DNA of 63,206 nucleotides, filler included, from Sphacelaria rigidula (GCA_964200075.2; 9 parts of 9 records of this genome joined end to end with filler, not necessarily neighbours in it), one strand, 5' to 3'. Positions 12,851 to 26,305 are shown, numbered from the whole stretch's first letter. Numbers and translations: made by a program. Notes: generated by a model from the sequence alone, not told the origin.

Positions 12851-14616
12851 GTGAGTCTCTTCCGCCATCACTTGCTCCCTGCCTTTGGTTATCTCGTAAT
12901 TCTAAAGAATGGTGTGAGTCAGTTCTTACCGAGCGTGCATGGCCAGCGCTTCACCGGCAATGACCAGCAGCGTGCGCCCACCTCGACCTCTCCCGATCTT
13001 CCACCGGCGCCCGTCGCATGATTTTTTGCAAACAACATCAAGCCCACACAAAGCCAGATGGACCACTCTATATCCCGTATTTTTTTTGTTTTCTGTATCG
13101 GCAACTGTCCATAACCAGCATACATGAGAATCTAGATGATTCTTCAGATGTGAATCAGGAAAGGAATGGTTGAGGTTAGAGCATGATTGGTCTCCGAAGT
13201 ACCTAAGGTATTTCGATGTAACACACCGGCTATAATCTTGACCCATATCTAGCGGCGTTTGTTGCTTGTGCAAGCTCGCAGGCTATATGCACACGCACAT
13301 CACTTCGGTGAGGCGGCGGGAATGACGTCTGGTATCCCACAATATGGACACACAGAGAGCAGCAACGGTGATAGTGATGCCCTTCCCACCCCCTCTTTCG
13401 TCCGTCCCTCGAAATGGGCATTTCTCCGCTGAACGATTCGACAATAGGCCCAGGGAGCCATGCCTTACAATATGTCGAGCCTTCAGGCGATCCGGGACTT
13501 GCTGAGAGAGATCGGAGGCGAAGATGCGGCCAAGGTTATGCCGACGCCAACATTTTCTGTGTGCCTCAATGACCAGGGGCAAATGTACGTCCGAGTTACG
13601 GCTGGCAAGGTGATTATGGTATCGAGCTCTGCACGGTGAATACCCCGTGTCAGATCTCCCGAGCTTAGGGATGCTCCGCTGTGAATACCTCACTTGCGTG
13701 TGCGTGATGACTTGAATTTTCTTCTCAAAAACTTGTACATATGGTTGTACCGCGAATAGCCACGGGGGACAGTCCGCTGGTACTCTTTCGACCCTTTGCC
13801 TGTGAAGTGTTGGAGATCCTTACCGCAACAGAGCATCCGCGTACTTAACGTTCTAGGCGCCTTGCCGCCGGATGACCCCTTGGCAGTCCGGTGAGGTTTT
13901 AGAGTCATCCTACGATAGGGGGGGGGGTATTTGGTTGCACGAAAAAAGAGGCTCATAAGTGTGTCAGACANNNNNNNNNNNNNNNNNNNNNNNNNNNNNN
14001 NNNNNNNNNNNNNNTTAATTAATTAANNNNNNNNNNNNNNNNNNNNNNNNNNNNNNNNNNNNNNNNNNNNACGCTCCTTTGTATCAAGGGTGTGTGTGCC
14101 AGCTTTCGACAGCTTAGCCAACTGCCTCCGCGCACACACCGTATTCCAAAATGCCCGCACTCACGATGTTGTCACATTATACTGCTTGTAACACAGGATA
14201 TGCCCGCACTCGGGTTGTAACATATTATACCGCTGCACCACAACAGGGTGAGTGTGCCTGATGAGCACCGTGTTGACTCACCTCTGCCACCACACCACAG
14301 TCTTGGCCAAGGGTAGCAGTGAGAGGGAATCACTCCTTGAAGGTGATTCCGGCCCTACACCCGCCGAAAATACCCTCCCCACGCTGTACCGACAAGCCCG
14401 GTCATGGCCTTTGTCGGAGGACGGGGAACGGAGCAACAAACACTCTACTCAAAATTTGAGTAGATTTGCTCCAAGCGTCAACTAGCGTCTTGTTATATAC
14501 TACAAGCTAAAGTGTCGTGGAACAATGCAAAAAGTCCCCGTTAGCGCGGTTCGAATAAACTAGTCGCTCTTAATTGGGTCTTCAACTCTCAATTTCACGA
14601 AAACATTGTTATTGTT

Positions 14617-17097
14617 GGAATCAGACCAAAAGGACTTATATCGAACAGCAGAGGCTGTGCAAATCCCATATACACTCGCAGATGGGATTGGTACACCAGA
14701 AGCTGTTCGAAATATATCCTCATTTTGCCCGCCAATACCTGAAATTAAGCAAAAAAAGAAAACTTATTTGCGAGCAGCTTTCGCTGTTCAAATCCCACAT
14801 ACTGCACCGTATCAGTAGATGAAAGTCGAGAGACAACAGAAGTCGTTGAAAACGTATCCTCTTGCCCACCATTTCATATATCGATTGTGCAGGGGGATCG
14901 AAGTCTTCAGCATCCTCGGCTAGTTACAAACCCCATACACCGATTGCGAGTGTATGTCCACATGGTGGCGCTGTACAGGTTTGGCAGGTGGTTATGGTGT
15001 TTAAACTGAATAAACCTCACATATCTGAACATACAGGTTTTGAAAACCCGGTCGCCCCGTGTTCACCATTCTTACACCAAAATGAAGCATTTCTTCGAGT
15101 GAACACGCGAAAAATGTTATTTGTGGTTTATTCTGTACGTCGATGACGATATGACCATCACAACAATAAGCATGGTTTGGTGCTGTACTAAACTGTACCA
15201 TACCGTGCAGGACAGTACCATACCGTGCTTAGATACGTGCGGTGCAATATACGGCAGAGTTAGCGCGGCATATGCGCCACGTATGGCTAAACAAAGTGGA
15301 TGCCTGTAAGTTTGGGTACATGGGGGTGTCATATACCGTCAGCTACTGAGCATACATCACGACGCGCCCGTACTTGCAGCATGATCACCGCAGCAGTCAG
15401 TAGGACGTGAAGGGGAAGCGGGCAAAGTACAGTATAGACAGCGCAGGACAATGTGTATGTTTTCTGCTCATCACAGTGCGACGTGAAAAGGACTTGAACA
15501 GCGTGCGCAGCTTTGTCTGCCTGCACACGCGGCCATTCGGCTGCCTCCTTCAAATCCTCTATCGCGATTTTCATCCTCTCGAAGGGAAAGTCACTCTCGG
15601 GAGGATAAAAATACCCTCTAGTGGGTATTCCATTCTCGGTTCCGGTCATGAAACGAATCCTCTGGAGGGCATTTGATCCTCCAGTGACTTCCGAGGTCTG
15701 AATTCCTCCAGAGTACCAAATGTATGGTGTTCTGGGGCACGTGATTTTCGTGAATGTCCCTTAGAGGGAAATATGAACAGCAGAGGGAAATATGAGCATC
15801 ATTCCTGTGGAGGAGGGACCGACTATGGCCTCTGAGGTTTTTGTTGCGACTCTGGAGGACATGGCTGTGCAGTATCCTCCAGCATGTACATTTACATTTG
15901 TGCACTTGTGTCCAAGCTGCTTCCAGGAGACCTTTGAGAACATCACGCCAAAAGAAATATATGCATCACCCGCCGTTCATAGATTGAATTGCAAACCCGA
16001 CAACACTTCTTCCCAGCTATAATACCACCACAATAACCCTGCAAAAAAGAGCACGAGTTGGGCACAGGGATATAGATACACACTACAGTAGTTGGGTATG
16101 ATGTATGTCTTGTTGGTGGTAGTTTCAACTTGAGCAGCGGGGTATGGTGCGGGCAATAACCGGCGGTTTACTGCATACACACTCATGGACAGTGCAGGAA
16201 GACAAGGCTGCGCACACTGTTCAAGTCCCCTTTCACGTCGCACTGTGAGCAGAAAACATACATACAGTCTTGCGCTGTCTATACTGTACTTTGCCCGCTT
16301 CCCCTTCACGTCCTACTGACTGCTGCGGTGATCATGCTGCAAGTACGGGCGCGTCGTGATGTATACTCAGTAGCTGACGGTATATGACACCCCCATGTAC
16401 CCAAACTTACAGGCATCCACTTTGTTTAGCCATACGTGGCGCATATGCCGCGCTAACTCTGCCGTATATTGCACCGCACGTATCTAAGCACGATATGGTA
16501 CTGTCCTGCACGGTATCATACTGTTCAGTACATCATCAAACCATGCTTATTGTTGTGATGGTCATATCGTCATCAACGTACAGAATAAACCGCAATGATG
16601 ATTTTTCGCTCGTGGAAAAACCCTTCACTTTGGTGTTAGTATGGTGAACACAGGACTACGGGGTTTTCAAAACCCGTATTTTTAAATATGTGAGGTTCAT
16701 AGAGGTGTTGACCCATAACCACAAGCTAAAGCTATACAGCATGGCTGTGTGTACATACACTCACAATCAGTGTATGGGATTTGAAAGCAGCCAAGGCTAT
16801 TGGAGACTTTGATCCGCTTTCCTAATTGGTATATGAAATGGGGGGCAAGAGGATGAGTTTTCAACGACTTCTGCTGTTTCTCGATTCTCATCCACTGATA
16901 CGGTGCAGTATGTGGGACTTGAAGAGCAGAAGCTGCTCGCAAATGAGTCCTTCTTTTGCCCAATTTCAGGTATTGGCGGGCAAAATGAGGGTTTATTTCG
17001 AACAGCTTCTGGTGTACAAATTCCATTTGCGAGAGTATATGGGATTTGCACAGCCTCTGCTGTTCGAAATTAATCCTCTTTGCCTGATTCCGATAAT
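14617..17097. repeat. Long inverted repeat, ~900-bp arms (14617-15526 / 16193-17097)
   Basis: Direct reverse-complement matching. The ORF track shows mirrored peptides (MTPPCTQTYRHPLC.., MKGKRAKYSIDSA..) on opposite strands. Confidence 0.92.
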
Positions 17098-17974
17098 TTG
17101 GAATCAGGATTTATGTCGAACAGCAGAGGCTGTGAATATTTCAGATTTCCGTAGCACTTGTGCCTCCAAAAACAATATAGGGAATTCTAATATCGACACA
17201 GACTTTCGAGGGCCCCGACATTGAAAATTCTGTAGAGGATTACGAATACCCAAGTTCCTCTGGGGGGGATTTCAAAACGGACGGAACCGAGGATAACGTT
17301 TGGAAATTCCTTTACGAGGTAGCCGAATGGCCGCGTGTGTGCAATGTCCATGGGTGTGTATGCAGTAAACCGCCGGTTATTGTCCGCACCCTGCCCCGCA
17401 TGTTTCCGGCATCGCGCGACTCCGCGACCATGGAAGTAGATGCTCAGGTTGAAACTTCCACCAACAAGACATACATCATGCCCAACTACTGCAGTGTGTA
17501 TCTATATCCTTGTGCCCAACCCGTGCTCTTTGCTGCAGGGTTATTGTGGTGATGTTATAACTGGGAATAAGTGTTGTCAGGTTTACAGTTCAATCTGTGA
17601 ACGGTGGGTGATACTGCACGGCTATGTCCTCCGGAGTCACAACAAATGACCTAGAGTTCATAGTCAGTCCCTTCTCCACAGGAATGGTGCTCGTATTTCC
17701 CTCTTCTATTCATATTCCCCTTTAAGGGACGTTCACGTAAACCACGTGCTCCAGAGCACCATATTTTTGGTACTCTGGAGGGATTCAGATCTCAGAAATC
17801 AATCCAGCATCAGATCCCCTCCGAGGGATTCGTTTTATGACCGGAACCGAGTATGAAATACCCTCTAGAGGGGATTTTCGTCCTCCGGAGGGTGACTTTA
17901 CCCTTGAGAGGATGAAAATCGCGATAGGGGACTTTAAAGGGGTAGCCGAATGGTCGCGTGTGTAGATCTGTTCA

Positions 17975-18469
17975 AACACTATATTTGTGAGATTCAGAGT
18001 GTCGTTTCAGATTCAGAGTGAGGATTTCAAACGGAAGTAACTGTTTTCTTTGTGGTCAATTCCCATGCAAAACAGTTTGCGTCACTGACCAACCAACCCG
18101 AGTAATGAACGTGCGTGTTTCACAGCCTCCAATTTTGGTTGATTTTATACGCTTTTCCCCGATTCTCCGCAAATGACTGTGGTAAACACTATAGTCGTGA
18201 GATTCAGAGTGTAGTTTCAGATTCAGAGTGAGAATTTCAAACGGAAGAACTGTTTTTTTTTTGTGGTTGATTCTTATGCGAAACAGTTCGCGTCACTCAT
18301 CAACCAACATTTTCGATCTGTGGAAAGACGCACGGTCATTACTCGGGTTGGTTGAGTAGCGACGCAAGCTGTTTCGCATGAGAATTGACCACAAAGAAAA
18401 CAGTCCTTCCGTTTGAAATTCTGACTCTGAATCTGAAACTACACTCTGAATCTCACGAATACAGTGTTT
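17975..18469. repeat. MITE-like hairpin with a duplicated left arm
   Basis: Two direct ~130-150-bp copies (17975, 18184) and one inverted copy (18318-18469) of AAACACTA..GTGAGATTCAGAGTGT..TTCAGATTCAGAGTGAG. Confidence 0.8.
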
Positions 18470-18737
18470 TTAGTAGGCATGCAGAAAGCTATGCTCTTGC
18501 TAAAGAAGAGAAAACATCGGAAAGTTGTGCGGATATTTTAGCGCATGACTACATCCCAAGACAGGGATGTCCTCACACATTATTGTCGGATCGAGGAACG
18601 AAATTTTCAGCACGGCAAAAGTAGCAAGGATTGTCCATGAGACGTTGGGAGCCGTGAAACGATACACGAGTGCGTATTATCTACAAACGAACGAGATGGT
18701 AGAGCGACTGAACCACACGTTATGTCAGATGTTTTAA
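18466..18737 (+). pseudogene. Ty3/Gypsy-type LTR retrotransposon integrase (rve) remnant
   Basis: SRHAESYAL..ILAHDYIPRQGCPHTLLSDRGTKF, a frameshift, then VARIVHETLGAVKRYTSAYYLQTNEMVERLNHTLCQM. This matches the SDRG..F and TSAYHPQTNG.VER.N.TL integrase motifs. Confidence 0.85.
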
Positions 18738-18865
18738 CAGTGGATCCGGGAGAATGGGGTCCATATAAAAAATGAGGTTCAAGGCGCATTTCTTTTTGCA
18801 GAGATGAAGCGAAACACTTGCGACAGAGCGAAGCCATCTCCCCCCCAGATGTCCGCAGTCAAGCA
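18733..18865 (+). repeat. Dispersed repeat end (TTAACAGTGGATCC...), second copy inverted at 28140-28275
   Basis: Reverse-complement match between two contigs. It abuts the end of the integrase remnant. Confidence 0.7.
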
Positions 18866-19563
18866 GCTGTGGCCAGGTGCACCGAACGAATACCGTGTAC
18901 ACGCGTGTCGGTGACGATATCATCAGAGAGAGAAGCAACGACAGAGAGGAAGCTCCTCGCCCGTGTCCTTTGTGTGTCCGCGCTCGGCGATTTCCAAACT
19001 CTCGACAGACTGACATCATCGATGTCACCAGCACATGCCCAATTTTCCATGTGCCGAAATATCGAGCTGCGGAGAGATTTCCTCTCTTCTTACGATTGCT
19101 TGTGGAGCTCACCGGTGCGAATATCGAATTCTCTCTGCCTCTCCTTTTGGACAGGAAGCGCCTCTGTGCGCTGAAAAATATGTCGATGAAAAATAGGGCA
19201 ATGTTCCCGTCACCGCTACCACTGTTCTCTGCCACACACATGCCAGCAAGGGCGGTGGTGCGGCCACAACAAATAGTTTCAATTTGAACTTGGGGGGTGT
19301 TGTTCATCGTTGATTTTACCCACATCTAACCCTCTGGGTGCCCGACGAGAATATGTGCCGCACGCGAGTCGAGGGGGGCGTATGAGAGATCAAACACTTG
19401 TAGAGACCGTCTTGACATGCGGAGTGAAAAACGATACCTATGATGGTGACCTAACTGTTGCTAGTGTGGCGCGTAGGAGTCCGTCCATGCTGCAATCTGG
19501 AGCACACGCTGGTCGCGTGAACACCTCGGTACAGTACGAGTAGCTTTCCAGATTTACTCCGAT

Positions 19564-20396
19564 GTGAGGAGGTCATGTATTACGAGCTGGGACGATAGTC
19601 CTCTAGGACCAACCACTTGTCGTTGTATTTGAGACCCACACAATCAACCGCCAACAGCAAAGGTCTTGTGGCTTTCACGCAACGCTGTCGGTAGTACTGC
19701 AGGCAAACCCGATCATAGCTAGCTTTCGTTGCTCTACCGCACTTACTTGACCGAAGTTCGCAACAGGTATGAAAACTAAACATTTTGATTTTCTCAACAA
19801 CATCCCCCCAATTAGAACGACTCTCGAGACCTGAGGGAGGACAGCTTTTCTGTCCCCCCTCCAGGTATTAACGGAGGACGGTAGAATTGTTTCAACCTCA
19901 TACAACACTAATGGGGGTACGGAGAGTTCTTTTTCCACGAAAATACGTGTTTTCCAACCTGCAAAGCGTTTCATGCGCATTATTTTCTAATACAAGCGGT
20001 AACTTATTGATTTCCGTTCCGTTCTCCACGGACTGCCTGATGCCAATCCCAGAAATATTTGGTATTGCTGTTCGACGGCATCTTTGTGTGTTTAGCCGGA
20101 CCTGAGGCGGCCACCTTCCCTCAGGTCTCGAGAGTCGTTTGGATTGAAGGAATGTAGTTGAGAAAAATCAAACTGTCTAGCTTTCATACCTGTTGCGAAC
20201 TTCGGTCGAGTATGTGCGGTAGAGCAACGAAAGTTAGCTGTGATCGGGTTTTCCTGCCGTACTGCCGACAGCGTCGCGTGAAAGCCACAAGACCTCTGCT
20301 GTCGGCGGTTGATGGCTGGCGTGGGTCTCAAATGCAACGACAAGTAGTTGATCGTAGAGGACTATCGTCCCAGCTTGTAATGGATGACCTCCTCAC
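19564..20396. repeat. Foldback/MITE-like element with ~280-bp inverted arms
   Basis: 19564-19840 is the reverse complement of 20115-20396 (GTGAGGAGGTCAT.. / ..ATGACCTCCTCAC). Confidence 0.85.
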
Positions 20397-20681
20397 GAGT
20401 CATCCTACGATAGGGCGGGGGGGAGCATTTGATTGCCCGAAATAGAAGGCTCGAAGGTAGGTCAGACGACCTGCCACACTCGCGGTGCGCTTGTGCTCGG
20501 TTCAAAACGGTGTCAATCGGCATGAATGAGCATTAGTCATTTGTAACAAGCTCGTTCGAGCAACCTTTGCTACTTTTAACGACGATTTGACTTGGAACTT
20601 CGTGCAAGAAATGGCCCAAAATACCCCCCCCCCCCCCTATTTCAACCTCCATGCGACTCGCCGAACACACCACGGCGCTTC

Positions 20682-21005
20682 ATGGGGTTGGCGTCGCTTG
20701 GCGATGACGCTGTAAAACACGCCACTCACTGCGTAACCTAGGCAACCAGGTTACCGGGCTTTTGTGGCGCGCTTGCGTTTTTTCCCCCAATAACCATGAT
20801 GGTAGTCGAGCTAGATCATATTGTGCTGCGTGGGAGAACCTCAAGGCCGCACAATGGGGATGATCGTACTACGTAGTGGGTCCATGGTGAGACACCCAGG
20901 AGGCAGTGTATAAGCCGTGGCTGTCTCTGGAAGTGTCAATACCAGATAATAAAGCAACTCATTGTAAGCTGTCATCCAAATGCAAGATAATCAGTAGGCC
21001 TCGCG
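20682..21005 (+). mobile_element. Family A SINE-like copy (5' part, cut by contig end)
   Basis: Reverse-complement match to ~9100-9423. Confidence 0.8.
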
Positions 21006-21250
21006 NNNNNNNNNNNNNNNNNNNNNNNNNNNNNNNNNNNNNNNNNNNNTTAATTAATTAANNNNNNNNNNNNNNNNNNNNNNNNNNNNNNNNNNNNNNN
21101 NNNNNGACGTAAAAGCTCCAAAAATACATTTTTCCGGGTTTTGATTTTTGTCTATTATAGGAAGCGGCCTCACCATGATGATATGAAAAAGAACAAAAAC
21201 TCTGAAATTGTTGCGAAATGAAAATTTCAAACGCTCCCACAAGAGTTGGC

Positions 21251-21425
21251 CTCAGCACATGAGTTTTCGATCGAAAAAGTGCGGTGGAAAACAAACATCC
21301 CGATCTGTTAGGCCGTAATTTCAACCATCGTCGAAAAATTTCAAGATGGTTGAAATCACAGCCTATCAGAGATCGGGATTTTTGTTTTCCACCGCACAAA
21401 TGCGATCGAAAACTCATGTGCTAAG
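21251..21425. repeat. ~175-bp near-perfect hairpin (MITE-like)
   Basis: CTCAGCACATGAGTTTTCGATCG..GTGCGGTGGAAAACAAA pairs with TTTGTTTTCCACCGCAC..CGATCGAAAACTCATGTGCTAAG. Confidence 0.85.
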
Positions 21426-23090
21426 ACAGGCCCTTACTGTGTACTTTCGAAAGAAAGCGGTGCTCTAATATACACGAAAGAGAGAGACATGACTACGTTG
21501 TTAGCTGTCTGATGTCCCGTGTGTGAAGTGCTTGCTATTATAGTCTCCGCCGTCTTGCCTCAACAAATTGCTGTCGCCGTACCAACTGTATCTGTACCGC
21601 AAGATACGCCAGCCCTGGCCAGTCTATACCAGCCAGTGGGCACCATATGGGTACTACCGGTACAGCGCGGATCAACCCGAGTCACTCAGAACAACGGCAC
21701 GATCGTCAATAACAAACGGGAGCTAGCAGTTTTCGTGCGAGTGCCGTCCTTTTCCCGGCGTATGTTCCATCCGGGCAGCATGAAACAATGGACAACGATG
21801 ACGACGACGACGACGGTAGAACGATTGTCTCTGGATTCGCATCCAAAGCTTTGCCGGACGCAGCAGCAAGCTGATGAGCGCTAACGGAGACTGAAGACTG
21901 AAACACCGACCCGGGCCCTGCAACCATACCGCGGATGCCGCGATGCTCAAAGCGAACGTTGGGTACACCAATCCGTGTACAAAAAAACAAGGCACCGCTT
22001 GTGAGGTCGTTGTTGTCCTGGACACCATCCCGCCGCGGTACGGTAGGCCCAAGAGCGGCACTTTTCTCTGAACTTGACTGTCTTTTACCGTTCTTGGACA
22101 AAAATTCTTGTTTGGCCAAAACCAAAATTCTTGTTTGGCCAAAACGAAAACTGCGGCCACCGGAAAACGGGAAGATGGCCTGAAACCGCCTCAAATAGTG
22201 GAGCAAGTCATTCGAAGGTGTCGAAATCCGCCTGGCTCTCTTTTGGGGCGTCAAACGACGTGGAAGCTCCAAAAGGCCACTTCTCCAGATGTTAATTTTT
22301 GTCTGTTATAAGGAGCGGCCTGAAGGAGGGCAACGCTGATTTCGACACCTTGGAATGGCTTGCTGTATTCGTTGGGACGGTTCCAGGCCACATCAAAAAT
22401 TTGCGGTTTCCGGTGGCCGCAATGTTCCTTTTGCCAAACTTGCATATTATCGGAGACCGCTCATTTTCTTCGGAGACTGGTCAAATCAATCTAGCAAAAT
22501 TCATGCTGCACACTCTTCGAGACGGTTTCAGGACACCTTTGCGGCCCGAGGAGTATAGCAAGGCGTTCCAAGATGTCAACATCCCCTCAGAAGTCCTCTT
22601 TCAGGGTTTAGAGTGACGCAGAAGGTCCAGAAACAGGCAGTTTTTCAGACTTTTATTCCTGCTTGCCGCAAAAAGAGATCTGATGCCGACTACTTTATAA
22701 CAAGTAACGGACTTGTATATGCAGCATGCCCCGACCATCGACGTGTTTGCATATCCACTGGTATAGTGCGTCACTACACCTGTCCTGTGTACTGGACTCT
22801 CTGTGGATTCAGTACGGTAGTGTTGTACCCCGCACCACAATCTACGCGGGTGGCTACTGTGCACCTTCCTTACGGATACGCTCTGAAATAGGTGTAACCT
22901 ACCCGCGTCAAGGTTCCCAGTGGCCACATGAGTACTGACTGTTAGAGCCAGACTGATATAAGATACTGCTCTACTATATAATGATAATAGTATACCATAC
23001 GAGTAAAGGGCGGCGAAAAAACGTTTGGCAACGTGTGGGCAGACCTGCCATATCATGTTCGCGCCGTCCGCGAGTACAATCTATGCTTAC

Positions 23091-23337
23091 CTCGAAGTGG
23101 AATGTGCTGCCTGCGGCACCTCCTCCGACGGACTTGTCCTCGGTAGGCGAGAAGCCATCGTGAAATTCTTTGAAGAGTGCTTGCCCGTCCTCCAGCTTCA
23201 GGGTCGCGTACTCCTGGCCGTATTTGTCGCGGTCGAGATCAGTGATCATGGTTCCAACTTCCGATCCCCGAGTTGTTGATGAGAACGACACTCTACTCCA
23301 AGCGGCCAGACGGGCAAACGGTGGTGGTGGTAGCCGT
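23091..23337 (-). CDS. Probable coding exon, unknown product
   Basis: Protein-like open frame (..GTMITDLDRDKYGQEYATLKLEDGQALFKEFHDGF..FHFE) ending at a strong GAG|GTAAGC donor. The acceptor is uncertain. Confidence 0.5.
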
Positions 23338-24430
23338 CTGCGATGGCGTCAATCGGCAGCCGTATGTTGGGACACTTACTCTAACGTAGAACCGATGCTG
23401 CTATGCTGAGACAAGGCAACTTAGCCGTGGTGCCTGCTCGCTGAAATCGCAGCCTCTGCCCTCCGCGAGATCTTGGCGGGAAATCAGCAGCAGGTATATG
23501 AGATGCAAGTCCGGCAGCAGACGGCTACACGACGAGCGCAGCCCGATTGCAATCGAGCAGCCTCTGTTTGGATTCAAGTCCAACAGCCGGGTGCGCTGCT
23601 TACCACTGCGAATAAAGGCCGTGGGAGGTAGGAGCCTGTCGTCCGGGAGATGCACGAAATAATGAACCCCCGTTGCCAGCAAACATCGCCGTACTTGTTC
23701 CCCATCACAACGTCCAAAAAAGAGCAGAAGATATGGTTGTGTTTCCAAGTGTAAAAACTGTGTAACCGCAGTATGAAACTCGTGGGATGTGGCAGATCAC
23801 ACAATTGTCATCGCCCATGGAATTGGAGTACGACCGTCGTTGTGAGAGACGCGGTTGTAAGACGCCGTATTCAAGATTGGGCAAACACCAACGAACATCA
23901 CTATTCTCAGTAAAGTTGGTACGAGTGATAAATATTGCAATCTACACAGATCTCCAGTAACTCCTGCGTGCTGCACTATATGCTGATGTACGTTATATAT
24001 GTGCGTGTTTACATGCTGTAGAGCTCTATTCAATTATTATAGCGGCACACGTTTCCTGTCCACCTTGAAGTCTTCTTTTTTTCTTCACACCAGAAACATC
24101 TTGATTCAACCTTACGTGAAGGGGGCGAGGGTTATTTTTCAAGTACTCGAGAGTCAACTGTGCTAACCGTAGATTCAGTAGTGCGGAATATCAATGAAGT
24201 GTGTTTGTATGGTACATGTTAGATACGCAGGGGAAAGGAGGTGTGGAGAAGAGACCTCTGCTGCATCTTATCATGCCAACGATGTCGTAAATGGGACCAA
24301 CGGGAGCTGACGAGCTGGCAGACTAAAAATGGTCGTTTTGTGCAATGAATGGAGTGAGGAATTCGGTCTGGATTTCAGCCTACTGTAGTCCAGCTGTGCG
24401 GCGAGGTGGATAATCTCTGGGCTGGAGACG

Positions 24431-25654
24431 ATGAAGAAGAAGGCTATGGTGGCTGCTGTAGTTCTCTGTTGTGCTTTTGTTGTCGCTACTGCTGAAAACG
24501 AAGAAAAGGTGAGGAACGGGAGTGAGAGAGGAAGCAATTGTGCTGCGCTACTACTTGGATGAGTGTGTCTTGTTGCTAGGCGTCTTGTAGGCAACCCAGG
24601 TGTGTCAAGCGAGACCCCGACTCATGAATGTACCACATGCATGTATACGAGGGCGAGCACTGGCACTGAAGATGCGGTATGCAGATAGCCCTCAGCCCTT
24701 ACCTACCATAATGACACTTATTTCGTCTCCTGCGAAGCGAGCAATCGTTGTGAAGCACGATTTGGGACTACAGACGGTGTACGTACAAGGGACGTGTCTT
24801 CTACAAAAGGGAGCTGCGGGCAAATAGAGCTGCCATGCTTGAGGTTTGTTTTCGACAGAACGACCACCGAAGAAATTGGGGGTTGTGCTAGTCGAATACA
24901 CACAATGGAGCACCGACGCACGCACGCGCGAGCCATAGAAGTTGCAGCAGCAGGAGCGATAGTAGCATGAGTAATGATGTTTGTCGTAGCAGCAGAAGCA
25001 AGAGTGGGTACAGTAATGTACGATAGCATGGAGCGCTAGTCAAGGCCTGTCGCTGTGAATTCCACTTGAGTCTTATTATTTTTCCATAATGCAGTGTTAC
25101 GCCGAAAGGAAGAAAAAAAAACATGATTCGGAACAGAATCCGACATGTTTTCGCCCCAATACGCACGCACCCACAACGCAACCCCAGATTTAGCTTCATG
25201 AGATTGTTGTCTATGGTCTACATGACGTGCGGGCGAAGTTTCGGCGCGTAAAAGTGCTGACAGCGCGTGCACGACCGTGCCTGCTGAATTGACGACCTCC
25301 TCAGACATTGGGAGAATACGTACCGCGCAGAATGTCATGGCCCACAATGTGTGCCAGCATAGATGGATGTTTATTCGACGGCGCAGAAGCTGCGTAGTAG
25401 GTCATCACGTGGAAGTGAGCGCAATCGCGTGTCAGCAGATGCATCCAGCGATGTCTCGCGCAGTCTGGGCTGCAAAGACGCCATTTTGAAGACGTATGGA
25501 CGGCACAACCCACAATCCGTGTCCGCTCTGTTTTTAATGCGCATTCGCCATCATGAGTCGCCGAACAGCGTATATGCTATCTGTGTTGTGCTGTACCTCT
25601 GCGCCAAGTTTGAAGCCGGTTGTTGTGGACACTGTGGAGGAATCCACGAACAAG
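24431..25654 (+). CDS. Putative secreted protein: first exon 24431-24508 and possible exon 25616-25654
   Basis: MKKKAMVAAVVLCCAFVVATA-ENEEK reads as a typical signal peptide and is followed by an AAG|GTGAGG donor. The candidate second exon PVVVDTVEESTNK ends AAG|GTAACG. Confidence 0.5.
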
Positions 25655-26305
25655 GTAACGCTTGAAAAGTGGGAAATTCGGTACTGAACCCTCGGAAGAT
25701 ACATGCGGTGTGGTTACGCCGCATATTACAGATGCGGTGAGCTACCGCCGTCCTTTTTGCACCCCTTCTGTCACCCGCCACCCAGTACGAGGGCAACAAG
25801 TGCAGGGTCTACGAACGCGTCGGGTCTCGGGCGCGATAGCTCACCCTCCGATGGTTCCTCGTACTCATGGTGTGTACAGCAAGAAGCACTGCGGGCTGAG
25901 GTATCGCGCAGATGCGATACTGCACCCCAGTGTGGGTATGTGTCCACGCGAAATATTCTGTCGATGCCGTCACAAAGGTCAGGTGTAAGGAAAGTCTGTT
26001 TTTCGTATTTCTTTGTTGTACCACGGAAAATATTTATGTTTGGCCACTTATCGTGTGTAAGAACGTGTCTGGGTGGAAATAACCTGTTTGGCCCTCCCAT
26101 CAGTAATTATCCCGCAGATGAGGTTTAGACAGAGGTTGACACCTCGGAACGATCGTGTCTCTTCGTTGATACCGTTCCGCAGCGATTTTCCGTTCTAGGG
26201 TTATGTCACGGTTCCAGTCGTGCCCGAAATTGCTGTCTCAGCAACAAGCGGCCAACTGAATGAAATGCATGAAGCGAAGCGAAAAATCGCAGTTGTTTTT
26301 ATTAA

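Noticed and set aside
14574-17224. Paired short ORFs on opposite strands that look like duplicated genes
   Set aside because: They are by-products of the inverted repeat, with no domain signal and unconserved frames.
21871-21910. CTGATGAG...GAAAC hammerhead-like core (CTGATGA also at ~9128 and ~14258)
   Set aside because: No supporting stems, and the motif is not conserved among family A copies.
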